A stretch of DNA of 64,000 bases from an uncultured bacterium (GCA_964619725.1 CAZUFC010000018.1:397-64396); one strand, 5' to 3'. Shown: positions 33,301 through 42,830, counted from the stretch's first letter. The notes: generated by a model not told the origin, from the sequence alone. Numbers and translations: made by a program.

Positions 33301-33734
33301 CGGGCATGTATTTCCTGCAACGTGATCTGACGGTTCTCACCCTTGAACGGGTCCGGACCCTGAAAACGTATCATTTCCTTTAACATTAACGGAGGACGCA
33401 TGCCGGGAATCACTTTATACCCGGACATACCCGGATCGATCAATACATAACGGCATGCATGCTCCCAGTTCGCTCCGGGATGATCGTCAATAAATACGAA
33501 CCATTGATCCTGTTCCAATGTTAAAAAAGGGCCTTTCCACGTTTCGATGACCGTTCCCCCAGTCAAAAGCGATGAAGAAACGAAAACTGACGGCTCCTCC
33601 GCTTTTTTCCGGCATAATTCCCGTTCGGCAAATCTGAAAATATCCTTTGCGGTTTCCGCTTCCGAAGAAGACGCCGCTGCGAAACAAAAAAATGTTGATA
33701 TAAAACAAAAAAGAACCGTCGCCTTGCAGTTCAC
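30321..33734 (-). CDS. Secreted C13 (legumain-like, clan CD) peptidase with FN3, beta-sandwich, PT linkers and IPTL-CTERM-like anchor
   Basis: FIFTTDHG (His) and LEPCFSGGF (Cys). GTG start at 33734 with GGAGG RBS. C-terminus VPSFSSTG + TM helix + RFKR. Confidence 0.85.
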   Translation of the reverse strand: MNCKATVLFCFISTFFCFAAASSSEAETAKDIFRFAERELCRKKAEEPSVFVSSSLLTGGTVIETWKGPFLTLEQDQWFVFIDDHPGANWEHACRYVLIDPGMSGYKVIPGMRPPLMLKEMIRFQGPDPFKGENRQITLQEIHARKNSRSPDNLWAVILSGGAHSYSNYPRYWNDCSEIYKTLKNVYGYLDDHIIAAISDGTDPAADQSTGTSSDPDLDGDGDDDIMYACTFDNLEMIFDDLASSLGSLDTLFIFTTDHGSGQLGVPGQPTSMNLWNGEVIWDYEFAALLEPIACREIILTLEPCFSGGFIDDVINMDSDVPRVISTAANDHEYSWAMPPDYVYDTYVFHWTAAVRWMDAYGTPVDADYNADGEITMDEAYTYAEFMDEDDEHPQYAEWPADYGSTVTLAGSGPASEGSVSLDRDYYNCSDQILITVEDLDLEGEGTVDVEIGSDTETIWETVTLTEINTAHFEGTISAAAGSPTLDGILQVAHNDEIEVRYYDEDHGGSGPQNLTDNAAADCAAPVITNVEATNVSHNSVTITWTTNEAASSKVEYGPDETLGYTAEDEEMTTSHSMELTGLDDCTLYYFQVSSSDSAGNEITDDNSGDFYSFVTWELVILFEENMDANPGWSISGGDWEWGTPLGNDGDPDSGYTGDYVYGYNLEGEYTNYMPEYFLTTPAFDCSASSEVLFSYYRWLGVENSRWDHARLQISNDGSSWTPLWENPSTSLQDTEWKLEEYDISAQAAGHSAVQIRWVMGTTDSSVTYCGWNIDDVLVYVAAPCSFETPTLSPTGPTQTPTKTPTTPPTNTPTRTPTADPNLDILLLSGSCGGSIEYFPPALSNLGHSFTDTGTDADFLGALTGGTDWDLVIVDQYSSYLSPNAKAAIEDYVDNGGYCFINYWDWDDSLAAHFDADYISEYYAPLNIHCWSTSHPLYTTPNALDLLITNSDTCNCDGAYFTAYSGATAVSGYTSSPQTGQHGIIVGNDDRTILFGGIPGLYNDDADDDGKQDMLEFAENAVDFLMSSQPTPSPTVTATQTSTPYPTSSPTPSASSTKTPTAVPSHTPTERPSLTPTTVPTNTPSITPTTSPTLTFTPTVTHTPEPQPVPSFSSTGKILIMTLLGILLGAQAARFKR

Positions 33735-33877
33735 ATATTCCTCCTTAATATAATTGAAAACAATACCCCTTCCGCTCACCAGTCAACAAGAGCAGCTTTC
33801 TCGTTTCATTTAATACACGTTTTATGGGTAAAAATGCAAATTTTTTACCTCACCCCCCGGCCCCCTCTCCATGCATG

Positions 33878-34094
33878 GCTTTGGCATTAGGATAACAGGA
33901 ATCAATCGTTGTTTTTAAAGCAAAAAACGTTAAAAATGTATTCGGTGTCGTTGTCGCTGTCGAATTTAAACTCGAAGCTCATTCATGTGAAATTGGGTTT
34001 AAAATTCATCGCGCACGATAATCCGACAACGACAACGATTCATCAGCCAACATATTGAGAAGTAATGAAGTAAAGCTTATCCTAATACGTATTC
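33878..34094. mobile_element. 217-bp MITE with ...ATTAGGATAA termini inserted in a REP palindrome; ~8-bp TSD
   Basis: GCTTTGGCATTAGGATAA ... TTATCCTAATACGTATTC, flanked by CATGCATG (33870-33877) and CATGCCTG (34095-34102), with REP halves on either side. Confidence 0.78.
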
Positions 34095-34371
34095 CATGCC
34101 TGGAGAGGTGAGCAGTCCGGATATAGCATTGGGATGTATAGACTGGTGTAATTTTGACTGGATAAGGTCAAAGACCGGTTCAACGGCTATACGATATAGC
34201 TCCGGATGAGTTTGCACTCTTCTGCGATCATTTTTTGCTTCTGTTCGTCTTGTCCAAAGTTTGACTTGGGAACTCTGCGGCCTGTATTCTGAAATTACCA
34301 TTCCCTTTTCGGGAGAAGTCGAATGTGACTGAAAAACATAAAAAATAAACGAGCAAAAAGCAGGTGAAATA

Positions 34372-37300
34372 ATGATTCGAATATTATTGGTTGTGATTTG
34401 TCTGACGGTGGTTTCTGCCGGTTCTCAGGCGCAGACTATCGCCTTGAAAAGCATCGAATTTGATCCAGCAAATTTTTCTTCGGATAAATTACCGGAACAA
34501 TTTTTCATGGAAGCGCCGCCCGGGGATTACGGGTATTATATCGTTCAGGCTGAAGGAGGGCTTGACGGCAAGATGCGAGGTGCTGTTGAGCAGTGCGGGG
34601 CTTCGATATTGGATTATGTGCCTTATGATGCTTATCTTGTTCGTGCGGATATTGCGGATGTTGAAGCGATAGAAGAATTGGCCTTCGTACGATGGACAGG
34701 ACTCTGGCAGCCTTTTTACAAGATAGAGCCGATTTTGCTGAAATTCCGGGGTGAAAAGGATTATGATCTTTTCATCCAGTTGTTTGAGGGAGAACCGGTT
34801 GATGATGTGCGAAGAACCGCGGAATCGTCAGGAGGAATAATTGTTTCGGAATCGGGCGGGGTAAGGGAGAAGCTGCATGTACGCGTTCCTGGTTTTGTGT
34901 TGAGGAATTTTTTGGAGATGGTATCGGCGATGACGGAAGTTTCCTGGATAGAAAGGTATCCAGAGTATACGATGTGCAACGACAACACGATATGGGTATG
35001 TCAGAGCGGACTTTATGCGGGGGAGACTACGCCGGTTTGGGACGCCGGAGTGCACGGAGAAGGTCAGTATGTGGCGGTGCTTGATACGGGTTGCGACGCG
35101 GACATGTGTTATTTTTATGATGATACTCAGGGAATGCCGGGCGGTCCGAATCCAGATCAGCGTAAAATCTATTCATACCAGGACATATATGAAACTGCTA
35201 ACTGGGACCAGGTGGGTCATGGAACACATTGTGCGGGGACGATAGCCGGCGATGATTTCGCCAACCCGATCATACATGATACGGGCGACGGGATCGCTCC
35301 GGGGGCTTTTCTGGTTATCCAGGATGCGGGCGTACCCGGAGACGTTCAGCCTCCCGACGACATGTACGGCACGTTCGCCGCCGCTTATTCGGATATGGCG
35401 CGATTGCATTCCAACAGTTGGGGATGGCCGGGAACTAACGGCGAATATCATGTTCATTCCCAGGAAATAGACCAGTTTACCTGGGAATATCGTGATTTTC
35501 TGTGCATTTTTGCGATGGGTAATGAAGGACCGGGATCAGGGACAATGCGTGCGCCCGGAACAGCCAAGAATTGCGTCAGTGTCGGCGCCACGCGACCCGG
35601 AAGTCAGGCGGAAAACAACGCCTCTTTTTCGGCTCACGGACCTACGGATGACGGCCGGATCAAACCTGACGTCACCATGCCGGGAGAATCCATTTATTCG
35701 GCCTATAACGACGGCAGCGGATCGTCGTTCAACTGCAGCGTTACAAGCATGAGCGGCACGAGTATGGCGACGCCGGGAGTCGCAGGAGCCTGCGCACTTA
35801 TCAGGCAATACTTTGCGGACGGATATTATCCGACGGGATTGCCTTCCACGGGAGATGCTTTCGATCCCTCCGCCGCCTTAGTCAAAGCCGCCCTGATCAA
35901 TTCTGCAGTCAATATGACCGGTTCCTACACCGCAGACTCAGGCTCCGGACACGCTGATATTCCCTCTTTCGGACAGGGCTGGGGACGCGTCCTGCTTGAC
36001 AATGCGCTCTACTTCGACGGTGATGTCCGTGACCTCTTCATTGATGAAAATATAGAGGGACTGAATACAGGACAAACGTCTGACGCTTCAGTGGCTATCA
36101 TTTCTGAAGAACAGCCGCTTGAAGTGACCCTGGTCTGGTCTGATTATCCTTCCAACCCCTCAGCAGCGATTAATCTCGTGAACGACCTGGACCTGATTGT
36201 CGTTCATGACGGAACAGTTTACCGGGGAAACAACTATTCGGAAGGAGAATCCGTTCCCGGAGGAAACAAGGATGAACTCAACAACGTGGAATGCGTTCAA
36301 ATAAACGGTCCAGCTCCCGGAGTTTATGAAATAACCGTTTCAGCCGCATCAGCGCCTTTCGGTCCGCAGCCTTACGCCCTGGTCGTGACGGGCGATATAG
36401 CCTTTTCAGACGGCATTATTTCCCTGGAACGGGACAAATTCGGATGCCAGGATGAAATCGGAATAAGGGTGTCGGATTATGATTTGAGGAATGAAGGAAC
36501 GATCGTGATTACGCTGGACAGCGATTCGGAACCGCAGGGAGAACCGGCGACGCTGACGGAAGTATCGCCTGATTCCGGAGTTTTCTATGGAACGATTGAA
36601 ACGACCGATTCCAGCCCTCATGAAAACAAACTATTCGTTTCAGAAGGCGATTCGATCACTTCTCTCTATGTCGACGAAGATGACGGTCACGGCGGTTATG
36701 ACGTACCCAAGACGGATACTGCAACGGTGGATTGCACCGCTCCGATCATCAGCGGACTGGAAGTTACGGAAATAACCGGCGTAAGTGCGGCGATAACCTG
36801 GCAAACGAACGAACCCGCCGACAGCATGGTCGTTTACGGCTCACAGATACCGCCTATGAACTCGGTTTCAGACGCCGCAATGACCCAGTATCATGAAATA
36901 GTCATCGAGAATCTTATGGAAGATACCTGGCATTATTTCTGGATATCGTCAAAGGATGAAGCTCATAATCAGACTGTCGACGATAACGGCGGAGAATACT
37001 ACTCCTTTAAAACATTAAAAACCATCATCAATTTTTTCGATGATATGGAATTCAATCCTGCCTGGTCGCAACAGGGAGACGGACAATGGGAATGGAATCT
37101 GCCCATGGGTTTGGGCGGAGGATTCCTCACGCATGCCGATCCTTCTGAAGACCATACGACCGGATACGGAAAAGTGCGGGGAACAGATTTGACCCAGGAC
37201 GGTCTGTATAACGCCGGCTCAAACTGTACCCTGGTCTCTCCGGCGATTTCATGTCAAAACAGCGTCAACACCAGGCTCGAATTCTGGCATTGGCTTAATC

Positions 37301-38121
37301 TCAGCACAATGGACCTGATACTCCAGGATAAAGTATTCGTCGAAGCGTCAAGCGACGGAGGCGCGACCTGGCATGAAGCCTGGAAACAGGAAGGCGCCTA
37401 TACCTCCAACCAGTGGGACATGCTCTCAATCGACATATCACAATGGGCCGACGAACAACCCTCCGTAAAAATAAGATTCAGACTGACCTCCAGTCCCCTG
37501 TTCAACGACAGCGGATGGAACATCGACGACCTGACAGTCTGGGGATACGATACGGAAACCTCCAATCCGACCTTTACGCCCACGTATACTCCGACAAAAA
37601 CCGCAACGCCCACATTTACCCATACCCCCACAAATACCGTCGCTCCCGGAACGCCTACTTATACCCCCTTCCCGCCAACTTCGACGCCCGAAATAACGAA
37701 TACTCCCGAAGGAACCCCGGGACCCTCACGGACGCCGACCATCCCCGCTCCGACAAATACTCCTTCCAGCGGCTCAGGCATAGCATTGCAACTCAATCAA
37801 TCCGTCTTTACCGCCGGCGACCGGTTCCTGCTTGAAATGCAAGTTTGGAATACAACACAAGGCTTTGCCGCTGATATCTATACCGTTCTCGACGTCGCCG
37901 GAGGCTTCTGGTTCTGGCCCTCCTGGCGTCCTCTTCCCGAAATGGACTGCCTTACGACATATCTATACAACGGCTACGCCGGCAATGACGTTATCCTGGA
38001 TTTCCAATGGCCGGAAAACGCAGGAGCCTTCTTCGGCGCCAGATTCTGGGGCGCCCTGTTCCACAGTCAAAGCTACGATCTCGTCTGTGAACCATGCTGC
38101 ATCGTTTTCGGGTGGGAATAA
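34372..38121 (+). CDS. Secreted S8 subtilase (Kp43-like) with FN3/beta-sandwich domains, PT linker and C-terminal aromatic domain
   Basis: VLDTG, HGTHCAGT, AKNCVSVGA, GRIKPD, SGTSMATP and QGWGRV; signal peptide. Confidence 0.93.
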   Translation: MIRILLVVICLTVVSAGSQAQTIALKSIEFDPANFSSDKLPEQFFMEAPPGDYGYYIVQAEGGLDGKMRGAVEQCGASILDYVPYDAYLVRADIADVEAIEELAFVRWTGLWQPFYKIEPILLKFRGEKDYDLFIQLFEGEPVDDVRRTAESSGGIIVSESGGVREKLHVRVPGFVLRNFLEMVSAMTEVSWIERYPEYTMCNDNTIWVCQSGLYAGETTPVWDAGVHGEGQYVAVLDTGCDADMCYFYDDTQGMPGGPNPDQRKIYSYQDIYETANWDQVGHGTHCAGTIAGDDFANPIIHDTGDGIAPGAFLVIQDAGVPGDVQPPDDMYGTFAAAYSDMARLHSNSWGWPGTNGEYHVHSQEIDQFTWEYRDFLCIFAMGNEGPGSGTMRAPGTAKNCVSVGATRPGSQAENNASFSAHGPTDDGRIKPDVTMPGESIYSAYNDGSGSSFNCSVTSMSGTSMATPGVAGACALIRQYFADGYYPTGLPSTGDAFDPSAALVKAALINSAVNMTGSYTADSGSGHADIPSFGQGWGRVLLDNALYFDGDVRDLFIDENIEGLNTGQTSDASVAIISEEQPLEVTLVWSDYPSNPSAAINLVNDLDLIVVHDGTVYRGNNYSEGESVPGGNKDELNNVECVQINGPAPGVYEITVSAASAPFGPQPYALVVTGDIAFSDGIISLERDKFGCQDEIGIRVSDYDLRNEGTIVITLDSDSEPQGEPATLTEVSPDSGVFYGTIETTDSSPHENKLFVSEGDSITSLYVDEDDGHGGYDVPKTDTATVDCTAPIISGLEVTEITGVSAAITWQTNEPADSMVVYGSQIPPMNSVSDAAMTQYHEIVIENLMEDTWHYFWISSKDEAHNQTVDDNGGEYYSFKTLKTIINFFDDMEFNPAWSQQGDGQWEWNLPMGLGGGFLTHADPSEDHTTGYGKVRGTDLTQDGLYNAGSNCTLVSPAISCQNSVNTRLEFWHWLNLSTMDLILQDKVFVEASSDGGATWHEAWKQEGAYTSNQWDMLSIDISQWADEQPSVKIRFRLTSSPLFNDSGWNIDDLTVWGYDTETSNPTFTPTYTPTKTATPTFTHTPTNTVAPGTPTYTPFPPTSTPEITNTPEGTPGPSRTPTIPAPTNTPSSGSGIALQLNQSVFTAGDRFLLEMQVWNTTQGFAADIYTVLDVAGGFWFWPSWRPLPEMDCLTTYLYNGYAGNDVILDFQWPENAGAFFGARFWGALFHSQSYDLVCEPCCIVFGWE

Positions 38122-38133
38122 GATACTTACCTA

Positions 38134-38333
38134 GTGCCTGTCCATAAACTCGATTGTCGATTCAAAATTTAATGCTGGACAGCCACTTGGGTTTTGATCC
38201 ATAAACGGGCGAATTTATCTTAAAGCAATTAAGACAAGGATTTGCGAGGCAGGGGCGGCGCTTATACTTTGACTGAGCAAATCCGAAGACTGACGCAGTA
38301 TTGGGGAAAAATTCGCCGTTTATGGACAAAAAC
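38134..38333. mobile_element. 200-bp MITE, copy 2, 6-bp TSD TACCTA
   Basis: TIRs GTGCCTGTCCATAAAC / GTTTATGGACAAAAAC; TACCTA at 38128-38133 and 38334-38339. Confidence 0.93.
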
Positions 38334-38506
38334 TACCTAATAACGCGGCGATAAAACCCGGATGCATTTTTATGAGAGAACGCTCTGTTTCGATGGTTTC
38401 CCCAAAAAAACGTTCAACGATGATACAAAACCGAAATTGTAATTCCTTTATTTCCACATGATCGGGCACAGTCAATTTAAACCTCCCGGAAACAAGGAAG
38501 GAGAAA

Positions 38507-38713
38507 ATGATCAACTTAACTCCGAAATATGTCGTTGACGGCAAGAAGAGAATTGTGGCGGCGTTTATCCGTATTTCCAAATGGGAAAAGATAATCGAAG
38601 AAATTGAAGAACCGGACTACATCATAGCCTATGATGAGGCCAAAGCGTCTATTCAGGAGAGTATTCCATTCGATTCAGAGGTTCGAGAGATTCGAGAGGG
38701 ATATGAAACTTGA
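38507..38713 (+). CDS. Putative type II antitoxin
   Basis: 68 aa, acidic, AAGGAG RBS, ...EEIEE.D.I.AYDEAK....IPF pattern; overlaps a RelE-like ORF. Confidence 0.65.
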   Translation: MINLTPKYVVDGKKRIVAAFIRISKWEKIIEEIEEPDYIIAYDEAKASIQESIPFDSEVREIREGYET

Positions 38714-38830
38714 TATTTTCGACAGAAATTCTCCGATCAGCCCCAAAGCAGTTGAGTAGAATAAACAGACGAGATCAGGATTGGATTATGTCATCAATTC
38801 GAGCTTTAGCTTTAGAGCAGAATCCTTATC
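38710..38830 (+). pseudogene. Truncated RelE/ParE-family toxin
   Basis: STEILRSAPKQLSRINRRDQDWIMSSIRALA matches the RelE N-terminal half; the catalytic R.R.G.YR half is not recognisable. Confidence 0.6.
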
Positions 38831-38871
38831 TTTTAATCCGCATTGTTGATTCATACCGGAAATTCTCATCG

Positions 38872-41514
38872 TCATTCAGAGTCGCGGCATAAATTGATCA
38901 ACTCGTTCCAGGTGTATTCTCGTGTGGCGGGGTATTGGCTTTCGTATCCTGAGCCTTCATAGTGGAAAGCGTGATCGCAATTTGCATGGGCGAAAGAGAT
39001 GATGAAACTGCTCTCATTTATGATGTCATTGCCGGAACAGGATATTTTCGGTTCCGCGACTATGAGATGAATTCCCGTGACCAAACCACCTGCGAAGCGC
39101 CACCAGGGGTCTGCATCGGGGTCGGAAACCAGCCCGTAGTTTTTCATAATGTTGAAAAGGGCCTGTTTATCGATGAATACGCCGGCATCCAGCATTTCTG
39201 TGATATCGTCCTGAATGCCGCTATAGAGCTCACTGGTAAAAATCCATCCGCCGTAAGGGGCTCCTCCTGTGTTGTACCACCAGGAATCCCAGCTTAAATC
39301 CAGCGGAGGAGTGTAAACTTTGCGCAAATCGCCGGGAGTCGCTATGAACAGAGGGTATAATTCTGCATTATCTGAGCCCGGATCATCCCAGTATCTAATG
39401 TCTGCATTGCCGTTGTAAGAATCCCAGTCTTTGAAGAATCCATGACCTTCGGGCCATTCGCCTTCCGACCATACCGCCTGCACTCCAGGATAATATGTTT
39501 CATATATGACAGAGGGTTCTCCGTTCCAATTGCCCAAAGGTCTGACGACATGCAGCCCAAAAGGCGACATCGTATTCGTGTTTCTGTAAAAATCGTAACC
39601 TCCCTCAACCGTTGAGGCATTCTCGACGACATGTCTGCACATTAAAGTTATCGGGACAAGATACTCCAAATTATCCGGAAGCGAATCGACCAGGGCTTCC
39701 ACCCTCAGGTTCAGCCAATCCATGCGATCCTGAGGAGTATCATCTATGTCATAGGGGTCGCGAAGCCACCACGCTGCAGCAATTCCCGAATAGGACAACG
39801 CTTTTTCATTCATAGCCCATAAGAATCCGCCTATGTGTCCTGCGTACGATGTCGTTACCCAGGTATTTTTTGGGTCGCCTTCGTTGCCATAGACGATAAT
39901 GATGTTATGAGTCGCCCAGGAGCTGAACCAGTCCATTACATAGCCATGAACGTTCCTGTCCTGCAAGAGACCGTCCTGCCACAATGCGGCGGACTTGCAG
40001 TTCGACATGTGCAGATCATCGTAAATATGCAATGCGTATAAATCCCATACATCAAGCTCCCTGCTGTTTTCACCGGTATAAACGCGTGTGTCCTCTACCA
40101 GTCCGATACGAGGAATCACCAAATCGCTCATTCTTATCCCTCTGAGCATTCCTTCGAGTTCTTCATGATATTGGGAATAATATTCATAATACGGATTGCT
40201 TTCATCATCGAGGTTAAAAAGAGTTTGGGCCAACTGACGTATCGCTTCATAACCTTCTGCATCCACCGTGATCCCGCGTATTTCCACGTCCACGCCGCCT
40301 ATGTGTTCGTCCGTATAACTCTTGAGTTCATCATTCAGCAAAGCTGATATTTCTTCTGCAAGAAGGTAACCGTGAGCAGCGCCCTGATCGAAAGGGGAGC
40401 CTTTGGCGTTGAGGTATAGAATCCTGTGATCTGAACCTCTTGTGTCCATAGGTTCAGCTCTCTTTGAATCGTATGTATCGGCGCTGACGGCTATAAAGCG
40501 ACCTTTCACTGATTTCCTTCTTACAGGCGTATTTGACGTTATGGTGAGTCTTAAATATTCAAAATTATCGTCAGGATCGGTTCGATGATAATCTGATTTT
40601 ATCATGGCATCAATTCCGGCGTCCCGATCTGCGAACGGCATGCCTTGCCATCTGTAAACCCAGAAATCATCTCCTATTATCCCGCCGCCCATATAATTTG
40701 TATCGAGATCATAAAGCGCATATTCATCGCCGCTGACGAAAATTATGATCTCCTCCAGACTGTCAGGATCGTAAAAAGGTTCCATTGAATCAATCGTCTC
40801 AAAAGGAAAATTCGCTCCGCCAAAAGGCCATTGTTCTGTTTTGATCGTGCCTGCTTCAGAATATCCCCCCTGAGAATCCCAGGAAATAAACTCATTCCCG
40901 CATGTGAAGAGCTGGAGTCCGCCCTCACAAACTTCCATGGCAGCATCCATGCCGTTACTCAGCAATTCCGGAAAATCATCGCCCCAGAAATCATCGCCCA
41001 AATAACCGGGTGCATCCCCCTGTTCAAAACTGAAATATCCCCGATCGGCCGTCCATAATATGTATTCGATTCCATTGATGTAAATCTGACATGCTTCAGG
41101 GGCATCTCCTCCCGGTCCGTCAAAATCAATCAATGCCAACATACCGGCATCGATTTCTTCAAACGGAAAAGCAGTTCCCCCTGCATCACGCCACCAGTCA
41201 TCATTAATCATAGAAGGTCCGGATGATGTTCTACTATAATAATACCTGCCTTCAGGATCACGTACGACATATTCCGTCGCGTTGTAATCAGCTATTGCCG
41301 TCGCCTTGTTTACTTTACTCCGATCAATATCCTCTGCCGTTCTAAGGGCTGAAATTTCTTCTGCAAAAGTATCCTGAGAACTCGATTCAACAAAAACAGA
41401 CCTTAAGGATGGTGCCGATGCCGATGAAATTCCAGCGCCGCTCGCTGAAATTATAAAAACCATCATGAATCCTGATACGATGCTTATTTTCCTGCCGATT
41501 TTATAAAAAATCAA
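38872..41514 (-). CDS. Secreted protein: hemopexin-like repeats + C45/Ntn-hydrolase-like domain
   Basis: Four W..G..(F/M)P...(I/M)D(A/S) repeats; GSPFDQGAAHGYLL, NCKSAA (Cys nucleophile candidate), HGYVMDW and AMNEKAL. Start codon uncertain. Confidence 0.65.
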   Translation of the reverse strand: MIFYKIGRKISIVSGFMMVFIISASGAGISSASAPSLRSVFVESSSQDTFAEEISALRTAEDIDRSKVNKATAIADYNATEYVVRDPEGRYYYSRTSSGPSMINDDWWRDAGGTAFPFEEIDAGMLALIDFDGPGGDAPEACQIYINGIEYILWTADRGYFSFEQGDAPGYLGDDFWGDDFPELLSNGMDAAMEVCEGGLQLFTCGNEFISWDSQGGYSEAGTIKTEQWPFGGANFPFETIDSMEPFYDPDSLEEIIIFVSGDEYALYDLDTNYMGGGIIGDDFWVYRWQGMPFADRDAGIDAMIKSDYHRTDPDDNFEYLRLTITSNTPVRRKSVKGRFIAVSADTYDSKRAEPMDTRGSDHRILYLNAKGSPFDQGAAHGYLLAEEISALLNDELKSYTDEHIGGVDVEIRGITVDAEGYEAIRQLAQTLFNLDDESNPYYEYYSQYHEELEGMLRGIRMSDLVIPRIGLVEDTRVYTGENSRELDVWDLYALHIYDDLHMSNCKSAALWQDGLLQDRNVHGYVMDWFSSWATHNIIIVYGNEGDPKNTWVTTSYAGHIGGFLWAMNEKALSYSGIAAAWWLRDPYDIDDTPQDRMDWLNLRVEALVDSLPDNLEYLVPITLMCRHVVENASTVEGGYDFYRNTNTMSPFGLHVVRPLGNWNGEPSVIYETYYPGVQAVWSEGEWPEGHGFFKDWDSYNGNADIRYWDDPGSDNAELYPLFIATPGDLRKVYTPPLDLSWDSWWYNTGGAPYGGWIFTSELYSGIQDDITEMLDAGVFIDKQALFNIMKNYGLVSDPDADPWWRFAGGLVTGIHLIVAEPKISCSGNDIINESSFIISFAHANCDHAFHYEGSGYESQYPATREYTWNELINLCRDSE

Positions 41515-41714
41515 CTCAAGTCTCCCAATTTCTTAATATAATGGAATACTAAGCGGAAAACAAAAATTAAATGAACCCTTCAAAAGTCCAGGATTGGACT
41601 CGCAAACTCGCGCTCCAATGGGATTTCGATCCCTGCATGAACGCCGGAGATGCTCAAAAATTGTAATCGGCAGACTAATTTTTCCTATAAGCTTTTATAC
41701 GGATGTTTTTCTCG

Positions 41715-42830
41715 TCACTCAAAAGGTCTTGACGGGTAATTCCGAACGAATTCAATCATTTTCGGTATTACGGAATAAATGGACGGACAGACTATCCCGC
41801 TGCCTTTCAGAAAAGTCTGAGTATTTTTCGTATCGTAAAAGGCAGGATGATTAAAGTATTCGACCAGCTCGGCGGGGATGTTGAGTAAAGAGGGCACAGC
41901 GGGAAGCTGGACCGCGTTCTCGACCAGGATTGACGGTATCATGCCGAACGTTTTTATGCCGAAGTGCGAGAGGATGTTCTCGTATAAATCTGAAACGGGA
42001 ACAGGTTCCGGGTCGGCAACATGAAACGTCAGGCCGAGGGCGGCTTTTTGCTCGACGATTTCCATCACGGCAGCCGTCATGTAATCAATGGGAACAAGGT
42101 TAATGGGGTATTTGCCCTGGCCGATCCTGGGCAGAGTGAACAATTTCAGCGGCAAACCGAGTTTCTCCAGCTTGACTAATAATCGTATGACGAAATAGGG
42201 TCCGTCGTACTTGTCGGTTTTTCCTGTTTTGGAATCTCCCACCACTATCGAAGGACGGATGATGATCGTCGGTATCTTTGTCATTCGCGAACGTACTTCA
42301 ACTTCGGCATGAAACTTGGTCTCTTCATAGTAATTCTTGAAACGCCGGCCCGCATCCAGGTCCGATTCCAATATCAGCCCCTCTCGCCTGCCCGATACGT
42401 AACAGGTACTGAAATAAACGAAACGCTCCAGATTTTTCATCTCTTCGCAGAACTCCAATATGTTCAGCGTTCCGTCGACATTGACCTGATAAGCCGTCTT
42501 TCGGGGAACAGAAAGGTCGTAAATCGCCGCAAGGTGAAATACGTGAGTGATTTCATCAGACAAAGTTTCAAAAGTCAGCCGGTCCAGGGCAAGTCGCGGA
42601 ACGGTTATGTCTCCGCAAATAATCCGCGCCCTTTTCTCGAAGCCGGGGATTTCCGTTGCTATCTGGCGAATGTCCTGCTCCGCTTTGGGAACGAACGCCG
42701 CCTGAACCAAAAATACGAATTTCCTGTCCCTGCGTTCCAACGCCATAGACTTCACCAGCCTCCTGGCTATGAATCCCGGGAATCCCGTGAAAAAATAAAG
42801 CTCTCCCTTTTTTGATTTTTTATTCGTCAT
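41715..42830 (-). CDS. Extended SDR, thioester / fatty acyl-CoA reductase-like (NAD_binding_4)
   Basis: TGFPGFIA, GDIT..L.L, HLAA.Y, VNVDGT, ST.YVSG, YEETK and RPSIVVGDS. Confidence 0.85.
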   Translation of the reverse strand: MTNKKSKKGELYFFTGFPGFIARRLVKSMALERRDRKFVFLVQAAFVPKAEQDIRQIATEIPGFEKRARIICGDITVPRLALDRLTFETLSDEITHVFHLAAIYDLSVPRKTAYQVNVDGTLNILEFCEEMKNLERFVYFSTCYVSGRREGLILESDLDAGRRFKNYYEETKFHAEVEVRSRMTKIPTIIIRPSIVVGDSKTGKTDKYDGPYFVIRLLVKLEKLGLPLKLFTLPRIGQGKYPINLVPIDYMTAAVMEIVEQKAALGLTFHVADPEPVPVSDLYENILSHFGIKTFGMIPSILVENAVQLPAVPSLLNIPAELVEYFNHPAFYDTKNTQTFLKGSGIVCPSIYSVIPKMIEFVRNYPSRPFE

